From: Ostreococcus lucimarinus
Taxonomy: Eukaryota
Strand: one strand, 5' to 3'
DNA: 64,000 nucleotides
Assembly: GCA_000092065.1 (NCBI GenBank)
Contig: CP000586.1
Numbering within the stretch: the stretch's first letter is position 1; every line of letters begins with the position of its first letter. Positions 48,395 through 56,700 of the stretch are shown piece by piece. The notes under the pieces are model-generated. The model searched no databases, was not told the DNA's origin, and was given only the letters and a program-made list of their open reading frames with translations. A program made the position numbers and the translations under genes.

Positions 48395-49285
48395 CTATTT
48401 CGCTTCCACTCCGCCGACGTCGTTTTCGTTTTCGACGCCCCCTAAAACTTTTGCGCACCCGAAGTCGGTTTGCATACACGAAGTGTACGTTTGACGCTGG
48501 AGTTTCACCAAAGGTCCGACTATAGGAGCGTTTTCCCAAATCGGGCCGTCCGGAAGGTAGTCCCGATGGTAAACAATCTTCCGCGATTCCGGATTGGCGT
48601 TGAACTTTAAAACGCTTATCCCGGATATGTTTCGAAGCGGCCCCGTCCCGAGCAACATATCTAACCTCCACGTCGCGACGTAAGAGTCCGCTTGGCACAC
48701 TTCCTCGTCGACTGTCAAATACTGCCTCGAAAAATCGAATTGATTCCTCAAATATCGCTCCATATTTCTCTTTCCGTGAATCTTCGTCAAGCCAGGGCCG
48801 TCGACGTAATCAAACGCCTCGTCGTCGTAATTCGCCAAGCATCCCGTCTCCCAATTATCTTGATTACACATCATCACGCTCCTCGCCGCTTCCAATCGCT
48901 CGGTCGACATCGTCCCACACTGCCCAGTAGGCGCGCCGACGCTTCCTCCGAATTTCTCCGCGCTCGCCGCGTCCCGCGCCGCGAACGCGCTCGCCACGAG
49001 CGCCATCGCGCACACCGATTTCCCGATCGCCGCGAACGCCTCGTCGACGAACGACGCGGTCGACGTCGACGCGTCGCGTCCATCGCGTCCGCGTCCGCCA
49101 TCGTCGCGCGTCGTCGCCGGTTCCGTCGACGTCTGCACCGGTTCCTTCGCCTCGACCGCGTTTCGCGCGACGTCGCGGACGCGCGCGCGCGGCGCCCGCG
49201 ACCGAACCGGCCGTCCGACCGTCGCGCGCGCGCGTCCGCGACCACACGCGCGCGTCGCCGGCGCGAGAGAGGCGGCGCGCGTCAT
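48395..49285 (-). CDS. NTF2-like/SnoaL-like fold protein with a bipartite (stromal plus lumenal-type) presequence; function unknown
   Basis: ATG at 49285 gives an Ala/Arg-rich leader, then a hydrophobic core ending ASAFAA-RD (AxA-like), then a ~200 aa conserved domain (YDDEAFDYVDGPGLTKIHG...ATWRLDMLLGTGPL...). Alternative start 49006. Fold assignment is tentative. Confidence 0.45.
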   Translation of the reverse strand: MTRAASLAPATRACGRGRARATVGRPVRSRAPRARVRDVARNAVEAKEPVQTSTEPATTRDDGGRGRDGRDASTSTASFVDEAFAAIGKSVCAMALVASAFAARDAASAEKFGGSVGAPTGQCGTMSTERLEAARSVMMCNQDNWETGCLANYDDEAFDYVDGPGLTKIHGKRNMERYLRNQFDFSRQYLTVDEEVCQADSYVATWRLDMLLGTGPLRNISGISVLKFNANPESRKIVYHRDYLPDGPIWENAPIVGPLVKLQRQTYTSCMQTDFGCAKVLGGVENENDVGGVEAK

Positions 49286-49424
49286 CGCGCGCTGCTCTGC
49301 CGTCGCGCGCCGCTTTCGGCGGTGCCGATTGTGGATAGAGTGTCCCGCGCGCGCGCGATCGGCCGCACAGGGACGCGCGCGCGCGACGCGAGCGACTGGA
49401 ACCGGCGTAGAAACACCGCGAACA

Positions 49425-51098
49425 ATGTCCGTGACGCCCAGCGCGCGCGTGTGCGCGATGCTGAGCTCGAGGCTGACGCACGCGACGCTCGAAAGACGCG
49501 CGTCGAGCTTGAGGTTTTCCAAAGCCGCGAACGCGCGAAGAAACGCGCGCGGTGCGACGATCACGGCGAGCGGGTTGAACATCACGCCGCCGGTGAGCGA
49601 TGGGACGGTGCGCGTGCGGTTTGCGCCATCGCCGACGGGGTCTTTACACGTCGGTGGCGCGCGCACGGCGTTGTTTAATTACCTGTACGCGAAGAAGATG
49701 GGTGGTAAATTCGTGCTTCGAGTCGAGGATACGGATCAAGCGCGATCGACGCGCGCGAGCGAAGATAGCATGGTTGCCGATTTGAAATGGCTTGGGCTGG
49801 ATTGGGACGAAGGACCCGACGTCGGTGGGCCGTGTGGGCCGTACAGGCAGAGCGAGAGAGGTGAAATTTACAAGGCGCTCGCCGAGAAGCTCGTGGCGAG
49901 CGGACACGTGTACCCGTGCTTTTGCACGGATGAAGAGTTGGAAGCGATGAAGGCTGAGGCAGAGGAGAAGAAGCTTCCGCCGAAGTACATGGGGAAGTGG
50001 GCCACGGCGAGTGAGGCGGAGGTGAAGGAAATGATGGACAAGGGAGTTCCGTTTACGTATCGCTTCCGCGTGCCGGAGGGCGAACGCATTGAAATCGACG
50101 ACATGGTGCGGGGTAAGGTTGGTTGGGATACGAACACGCTCGGCGATTTCGTGGTGTTGCGCTCCAACGGTATGCCCGTGTACAACTTTTGCGTCGCCGT
50201 GGACGACGCCACCATGGGAATCACCCACGTGTTGCGCGCCGAGGAGCACTTGCCGAACACGCTTCGCCAGGCGCTCGTGTACAACGCCCTCGGCTTCCCG
50301 CTTCCGACGTTCGCGCACATGTCCCTCATTCTCGCCCCGGATCGTTCCAAGCTTTCCAAGCGCCACGGTGCGACATCGGTCGGGCAATTCAAGGATGAAG
50401 GCTACCTGAGCAAGACCATGGTCAACTATCTCTCACTCTTGGGTTGGAACGACGGCACCGAGCAAGAAATTTATGAGAAGGCAGAGCTCGAGAAGCTCTT
50501 TAGCGTCGAACGCATCAACAAATCGCCCGCGGTGTTCGACAAGGTGAAGTTGAACTGGATGAATGGTCAGCATCTTCGCTTGCTTCCGGACGCCGACGTA
50601 GAGGCACTCGTTGGTGAGGCGCTGGTGGCTTCGGACTTGTTGAAGGAATCCTCCGGCGCGACGGTGCAAGCCATCATTCCTCTCATCAAAGAATCCATCG
50701 AACTCGTCGAGGACGCCGTTCCGCAGGTGCAAGCCATGTTTGAGTTCCCATTGAAGGAAAACATGGGCGATGATGCGATGAAGAAGGTGCTTGATGACGA
50801 TTTTGAACCTATCGTCGACGCCATTGTCAAGGCGCACGCGAGCGGCGAACTCGCCGCGGCGGTGAAGGAAGGCACGGTGAAGCAATTCATCAACGCCACG
50901 GGCAAGGCCCTCGATCGTAAGGGAAAGAGACTTTTTATGCCTTTCCGCATTGCGCTTACCGGTCGTATGCAAGGTCCGGATGTCGGTGAAGTGCTCACGC
51001 TTCTCGACAAAGCTGCCGGCTCGAGCGACAAGATTGTGTCGCTCGACGACAGAGTCGCCGCCCTCAAGGCGGCTTTCCCAGCCGCTGTCGCAAACTAA
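49425..51098 (+). CDS. Glutamyl-tRNA synthetase, bacterial/organellar (discriminating or non-discriminating GluRS)
   Basis: Class I motifs (HIGH-type PSPTGSLHVGGARTALFNY; KMSKS-type LSKRHGATSV) and GluRS catalytic core; organellar leader before VRVRFAPSPTG. First ATG 49425. Confidence 0.85.
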   Translation: MSVTPSARVCAMLSSRLTHATLERRASSLRFSKAANARRNARGATITASGLNITPPVSDGTVRVRFAPSPTGSLHVGGARTALFNYLYAKKMGGKFVLRVEDTDQARSTRASEDSMVADLKWLGLDWDEGPDVGGPCGPYRQSERGEIYKALAEKLVASGHVYPCFCTDEELEAMKAEAEEKKLPPKYMGKWATASEAEVKEMMDKGVPFTYRFRVPEGERIEIDDMVRGKVGWDTNTLGDFVVLRSNGMPVYNFCVAVDDATMGITHVLRAEEHLPNTLRQALVYNALGFPLPTFAHMSLILAPDRSKLSKRHGATSVGQFKDEGYLSKTMVNYLSLLGWNDGTEQEIYEKAELEKLFSVERINKSPAVFDKVKLNWMNGQHLRLLPDADVEALVGEALVASDLLKESSGATVQAIIPLIKESIELVEDAVPQVQAMFEFPLKENMGDDAMKKVLDDDFEPIVDAIVKAHASGELAAAVKEGTVKQFINATGKALDRKGKRLFMPFRIALTGRMQGPDVGEVLTLLDKAAGSSDKIVSLDDRVAALKAAFPAAVAN

Positions 51099-51197
51099 TT
51101 CGTTTTAATAACCAAGATCTTCTTAGGCAGAAAGGTTGTGTGCGTTGATGCTTGCTGTTTCGTCCCTACAAGAGCTAAATGTGGTCGGAAACGGCTC

Positions 51198-51992
51198 TCA
51201 TTCTACCGAGAAAGAGTCGTCTTGAGAGAGTTCGGTATCGGTGGGGGTAGGATCGGCGACTGGCGTCGGTGCCGGATCCTTCTTGGGGTAAGCTCGGGGC
51301 TGGTTCGACGATTGCACTTTACTCGTGATATCGGTCAAAGCACCGATCGTGCTGTCGAAGATGGACGGGATATCAATGCCCGTGCCGCTTTCGATGTTTT
51401 CGAGAGTGTTCTTGAACTTTTCTCGGCTCTCCTCGAACGCCAAGTAGTTGTAGGTGAAGTAGAGCGTGTAAGCGATACCAATGGTTTCCAGCGCGACATC
51501 CGCGATACCCGGCAAGATGGCCACGGATAACAAAAAGGAGCCGGCGATGATGGCGTAGAAGCCAAGATCGGCTGTTTCCTTGAGCGACTTTGAGCTCGCC
51601 GAGCGTCGCACCGGGCGTTGAGCCGGCTTGCGCGCGAAAGGTTTCGGTTTCGGTTTGCTCGCTACCATTGGTTTGCGTCGCACGATCGGCTTCTTCGCCG
51701 CGATCGGCTTCTTCGCCGCGATCGGCTTCTTCGCCGCGATCGGCTTCTTCGCCGCGATCGGCTTCTTCGCCGCGAACGACGGCTTCTTCGCCGCGACGGG
51801 CTTCTTGACGAGCGGTTTCGCCTTGGCCGCGAACAGTGGCTTCTTCGTCGCGACGGGTTTCTTCGCGACGACCTTCGGCTTAGGCTTCGCCTTGGGCTTA
51901 GGCTTCGCCTTGGGCTTAGGTTTCGCCGCAACCTTCTTGGGCAACACGAACGTCGGCTTCTTCTTCTTCTGCGTGCCCGATCCCGCGTCCAT
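51198..51992 (-). CDS. CURT1: CURT1-like (CAAD-domain) thylakoid curvature protein with a long Lys/Pro/Ala-rich repetitive N-terminal extension
   Basis: C-terminal FYAIIAGSFLLSVAILPGIADVALETIGIAYTLYFTYNYLAFEESREKFKNTLENIES matches CURT1A-D (VPLLPKVMELVGLGYTGWFVYRYLLFKSSRKELAEDIESLKKKI). The N-terminal ~170 aa is (AAKKPI)n and KPKPKAKPK repeats. First ATG 51992. Confidence 0.7.
   Translation of the reverse strand: MDAGSGTQKKKKPTFVLPKKVAAKPKPKAKPKPKAKPKPKVVAKKPVATKKPLFAAKAKPLVKKPVAAKKPSFAAKKPIAAKKPIAAKKPIAAKKPIAAKKPIVRRKPMVASKPKPKPFARKPAQRPVRRSASSKSLKETADLGFYAIIAGSFLLSVAILPGIADVALETIGIAYTLYFTYNYLAFEESREKFKNTLENIESGTGIDIPSIFDSTIGALTDITSKVQSSNQPRAYPKKDPAPTPVADPTPTDTELSQDDSFSVE
51683..51790 (-). 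repeat. Perfect 18-nt tandem array (cgatcggcttcttcgccg on plus strand, encoding KKPIAA on minus strand), about 5 identical copies flanked by degenerate copies to about 51940
   Basis: Read directly from the plus strand; period 18 preserves the reading frame of the CURT1-like gene. Confidence 0.8.
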
Positions 51993-52379
51993 GTACCCCC
52001 GCACCGCCGCCTTCCTCTCCTCCGCCGCGGGACCGCCAAAGTTAAATACCGCGCTCGTCTGTCATCGCGCGCGTCCATCGTCAGTCCATCGTCTCATCGA
52101 ACGCGCGCGCCCTTCCCATCATCGCGTCTCCGCGTTCGTCCCGCCGCGTCCGCGTCCGATCCGTCCAACCGAATCGACGCATTCGCGATTCGCGCGCCCG
52201 CCTCGCCCGCGTCGAACCATCGAACGCGTTCGCGTCCTCGCGCGCGCGTCGCCGCCGCATCGCGCGCACCATCACGCCCCCCGCGCGTCGCGCGACGCGC
52301 TCGCGCGTCGCGCGCGGTCGTCGCGCGAGCGCATCCGTCGCCCGCGCGCGTCCGATGATTCCCATCGAACGCGTCGTCG

Positions 52380-52760
52380 TCGTCGTCGTCGTCATCGCCT
52401 CGCGTCCGTTCGCGTCGCGTCCGTCGAGATCTCGTCGCTCGCTCGATCGTCGATCGTCGTCGTCGGTCGACGCGAAGTCAGACGTCGTCGACGCGTCGCG
52501 CCGTCGCGTCGACGATCGACGATCGATCGAATTGAATTGAATCGTCGGTCGGTCGGTCGGTCGATCGATGTTCGCGTCGTCGAAAAATAAATCGACGCGT
52601 CGTCGATCGATTTTCGTATCGATCGACGCGTCGTCGATCGTTTCGAATCGACGTCGTCGATCGACGTCGTCGATCGAGCCATCGCGAGGGGGACCATCGC
52701 GCGTCGCGCGCGAATCCGCGACGACGACGACGCATCGCGCGGCGCGGATTCGCCGACGCG
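52380..52760. repeat. TCGA/CGTCG-rich low-complexity and short-repeat region upstream of the Myb gene, including (gtcg)5, repeated atcgacgcgtcgtcgatcg units and an 11-bp inverted repeat gcgaatccgcg/cgcggattcgc just before the ATG
   Basis: Read directly. Every long ORF across it (e.g. 52081..53586 minus) is Arg/Asp/Ser homopolymer-like and not credible coding. Confidence 0.5.
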
Positions 52761-52767
52761 GACAACG

Positions 52768-52854
52768 ATGGCGAAGAAAAACGTCAAGGCGGGGATGAAC
52801 GCGCGGAAGGACGCGCTGGTGGACATGCAGACGGTGTCGGCGCGACAGACGACG
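52768..52854 (+). CDS. Telomere-type double-Myb protein, exon 1 (MAKKNVKAGMNARKDALVDMQTVSARQTT)
   Basis: Exon 2 has no in-frame ATG, so an upstream exon is required. This ATG-initiated frame runs exactly to a GTGCGCGAGCGC donor at 52855, with an in-frame stop soon after if unspliced; the intron carries an ACTGACG branch about 30 nt before the acceptor. Confidence 0.45.
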
Positions 52855-52969
52855 GTGCGCGAGCGCGCGGACCCCTACGAAAGAGAAAACCCCTAGTAGG
52901 GGACGACGACGACGGAGAATCGCGAACGAATGACTGACGACGCGAGCGACCGGACGACCGAACGCGCAG
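52855..52969 (+). other. Myb gene intron 1 (115 nt, GTGCGC...CGCAG)
   Basis: Donor, ATGACTGACGACG branch and CAG acceptor at 52967-52969; phase 0 on both sides. Confidence 0.45.
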
Positions 52970-53060
52970 AATAATAAGAAGAGGACGCGAAGAAAGAATG
53001 CGTTTTGGACGGACGAGGAGAAGGACGCGCTCGCGCTCGGGGTCGGGAAGTATGGGACGG
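52970..53060 (+). CDS. Myb gene exon 2 (NNKKRTRRKNAFWTDEEKDALALGVGKYGTG), first half of Myb repeat 1
   Basis: WT.EE..L..GV.KYG.G is the start of a TRF/TRB-type Myb (telobox-like) domain; ends in phase 1 at the GTACGG donor. Confidence 0.65.
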
Positions 53061-53168
53061 GTACGGGACGCGAGGACGACGCGTACGCGAGCGCGAGGGG
53101 GAGACGAGGCGCGAGAGTAGGGGACGGGGGACTGACGCGAACGGCGCGCGCGCGCGATGATTTCGTAG
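53061..53168 (+). other. Myb gene intron 2 (108 nt, GTACGG...CGTAG), introner-like, splits the first Myb domain
   Basis: Joining gives ...[35 protein letters not shown], a canonical Myb repeat; contains GGGACGGGGGACTGACG branch region shared with RPL14 intron 2. Confidence 0.65.
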
Positions 53169-53725
53169 GGCGTTGGAGCATGATTTTGAAGGATCCGGAA
53201 TTCGGTCGCGCGCTCGCGGCGCGTTCGAACGTTGATTTGAAGGATAAGTGGCGCGCGTCGACGACGCCGACGAAGACGAGGGCGCACAAACCGGGGCTCA
53301 CGCCGCCGTTGTCGCCGTTGGCGAAGTCTGTGGTTTTGAGTCCGCAAGCGCACAAGCAGGGTAAGCGCAAGTGGACGGACGCGGAAAACGCGGCGTTAGA
53401 AGCGGGTGTGCAAGAACACGGCGTCGGACAGTGGGCCGCAATCTTGAAAAATCCAAAGTACGCCCGCGCGCTCAGCGCGCGCTCAAACGTCGATTTGAAG
53501 GACAGGTACCGCTCGGCGAACACGCCCACGAAGTCTGGACGCCCGACATCGCCGATCGCTCCTGATGCGATTAAAACGTACCGCACGCCGGGTTACAAGC
53601 CGACCTCGCCTCGCTTCGCGTCGTCGCCGTACTCTTCGCCCCAGGTACGGTCTCCGCACGATCGCGTACGATCGCCGCCCATCGGTGAACTCCGAGACGA
53701 TAATAAAAGTTGCAGCATCATGTGA
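53169..53725 (+). CDS. Myb gene exon 3: end of Myb repeat 1, complete Myb repeat 2 ([51 protein letters not shown]), Pro/Ser-rich tail
   Basis: Two TRF/TRB-like Myb repeats with LKDKWR/LKDRYR ends; stop at 53725. Confidence 0.75.
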
Positions 53726-53768
53726 TTTACGTCTAGTCGTTGTACTACAATCGCTAATTTTGTCTGTG

Positions 53769-56700
53769 TTAATCGTGACTCGTCGCCATTTCGAACCACT
53801 GTCGCAACAAATCGCTTATCGTCGCCGGGAGCTGCGACACGTCTTGCACGAGGACGTAGAATGGAAACGGAAACGAGTCCAAATACTTTTTCATCACCGG
53901 TTTGCCTCCCGTGAATGACACACTTTGCATGTTCAGTAGACTGTTTTGGGGATTATCGAGCACGATGAACGCGACGAGTAACCCGCGCTGCGCACCAACT
54001 TCTCGCATGCACCTTCGCAAGGCTTCCTTTTCGTGAAATCGACCGTCGGCGATGATGAGCACGAGCTGCTGGAGCTTCGTGCCGCCGCCGCGAATTTGTT
54101 CTCGCGCGACGCTCAGTCGCGCAGCCATGGTTTCGAGGAGTTGAACCATTGGTCGATCGGCCAAGGTGTTGTCTTCCGCGAACGACAGCTTGCTCACGAG
54201 CGATGGGCCCTCTTGGTCGGTAAACGGCGCGCCGAGCGGATGCAGCGTGCGCACCGCGTTGGCCCCGGCGCCGAAGCCTACGACACCGATCTCTCCGACC
54301 TCTAAACGAGCCATGGCGCGCGCCAGGAGAACCATTGACTCAAGAGCGATGTGGCCGCAGTGGTTTTCTGCCATAGATCGCGAGTCATCGATGGCAAGCA
54401 TCACTTGATACTTGCGAGCCGAAGGTCTCGAACGTCTGAGCCAAATTTTGTCCTTTCTGAAATCGCTGGCAATGTAAGGAATAATCTTCCGCATGTTTAG
54501 TCGCTTGCCGGTTTTGTAATCCCCTTGAAGTCGACTTGCAAGCGTTGGCTCGAGAATCAGTCGAAGTTTCTCTGCAAGTTCAGCCGAAAGCGCGGTGGTG
54601 AGCTGCTCCAACTTCCGCCACAAGTTTTGCGCGTTGGCCTCGTTGCCCCGCTCTTTGGCTGACTTTTCACGCCATTGCGTAAGACTTTGCTCAGCCTCGA
54701 TGCGCGCGAGTTCGACGTCTTCCGGCGTGAGCTCGTGCACAACTTCACCTGCTCCACCTAGAGAAGTGTGTTCGAGCTGTAAAGCGATCGTCGACTCTTC
54801 ACCAGTTTCGCCTTCACCGCCGGCGACGAGCTCTCGCTCGGTCATCGTTTCATCTTCGTCGGCCTCTTCGCCATCGATCGCAGCAGTTTGTGCATCCGTC
54901 GATGCAATGTCTTTCTTCGGTTCGCTACTTTTACGCTGTCTCTTCATCGCGGCGCTAGCGCCGTCGTCTTCGCGCTCGTCGTCGTTGCCGGGACCTTGAT
55001 CGCCTTCATCAGTCGCGTCGACCCGAGAGTCTTGACGCATCTCCATGGGCTCGAGGCCTTCTTCGTCTTCATCCTCCGATTCTTCTGGCACGTCATTCAA
55101 ACTGTTCTTCGTTGCTTGTTCCTCCGTCGCGTTACCAAGCGTCTGAATACCCTTATTGTCTTTACCGTCTTCGTCATCCACTCCGCCTTTTTCCGCAGCT
55201 CGCTCGAACTCGTACTCGTCGCCTTCGCCACCGCCGTCGTCCCCGCCTTGGTCTCCTGCGGTATCGTTCTCAGCAGCGTCCCCAACGACATTCAAACGTT
55301 CGCGCCAGCTCTTCAACGCGTCACCGAGCGAACGATGCGGGTTCGCATCTTGCTGACGTTGCGGCGGGGGAGGCGTCTTCTTATCTCCATCGCTCGCGGG
55401 ACCGCCCGTCATCGGCGCGACCGTGCCTTCACCGCCGCTCGCGCCCGCACCAGTGCCTTCACCATCCGCACCGGCGCTCGGTATGTCGGTCGATGACTGT
55501 GGTAGGGGCAACTGTCTTCCATCGTTGCCTTCGTTGACGTCGGTATCCATCGCGCCATGCGCCTGTTGCTTCGTTTCTTCTTCTCCTTGACCATCAGATC
55601 CTTGCGCGTTGGCGCCCGCTTCACCGCCTTGACCTTGGGTTTCGTTGACGTCTTGATCGCCACCTCCCCCGTCACCTTGACCTTGCAGGCCGCCTTCTTC
55701 GCCGTCTTCGTCCATTGCGTCGTCCGCGGCGATGGCATCATCCTGGAGATGATCGGTGGCGCCTTCTTCTTCGTCGTCGGCTTGGGCGACCTCGTCGTCG
55801 TCCACGTCCATGACGTCGTCCGTGAGACCACCGTCGCCGTCTTCGTTCATCTCCCCATCCGCGTTTTCGTTTTGTTCATCGGCATTCACATCTTCAGGCG
55901 GTGCACCATCGAGTTCCTCGGCGTCTTCGTTTTGCATCGACTCATCGTTGGCGTCGTCTTCCGCGTCCTCGCCTTGTTCGTCTTCCTCTTCGAGTTTCAA
56001 GTCGTCGAGCTCAAACTCCTCAGGCTCGGGTAACGACGGGTTTTTTCCGTGATTCTCTTCGACTTCCTCCTCATTCTGCTTACCGTCATCGTTGGCGTCA
56101 GGAGCACCGGATTGATCGTTTTCTTTCGGTCGATCCTTCTCGTCTTCGCCGCTTTCTTCGCCTTGATCTGGATCTTTCGGCGGTCCGTCGTCGTCCTCCT
56201 CCGCCGCGCGCGTCTCAGTCTCCTGCTTTTCGTCCTGCTTCACGCTCGACCCTTTTTCGTACTTCTCCGGAGCCTCATTCTTCTCGTCATCTTTATCGTC
56301 TTCGTCGTTCCACATGCGTTCGTCGATGACGTCGCCGTCGTCGCCATCCTCACCCATTTCCTTCTCCATGTCCTCCCTGGGATCGTCTTCGTCTTCGTCG
56401 TCACCGCCCGCGTCGACGTCTTCCATGACACCCTCGAAGTCATTTTGCATCTCTATCCCGCCGTCCTCCTCTTCTTCGCCGCCGCCCTTGTCTTTATGCT
56501 CTTCCTCTTCCTTCTCGAGATCCTCCATGCCCAGGATTTGATCTTCGTTTTCAATTTCATCCGCGACGTCCTTCTCGCCTTCGCCCGCGCCCATGCCGGT
56601 ACCAGATTGATCGTCCATCATGCCACCACCGGCTTCACCGTCGGCTTCTTCAGGTGGAATACAGAACCCCTCCACGGATAAACCAAGGAATAGTGCGGTG

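Noticed and set aside
51683-51790. Regularly spaced 18-nt perfect repeats that superficially resemble a CRISPR array
   Set aside because: The repeats are directly adjacent with no spacers, maintain a reading frame encoding KKPIAA inside the CURT1-like gene, and the locus is eukaryotic; no cas genes are present anywhere in the window.
52081-53586. 501-aa minus-strand ORF spanning the TCGA-repeat region and the Myb gene
   Set aside because: Translation is Arg/Asp/Ser repeats generated by the tcg/cga microsatellite-like DNA, and it runs antisense to the well-supported Myb exons.
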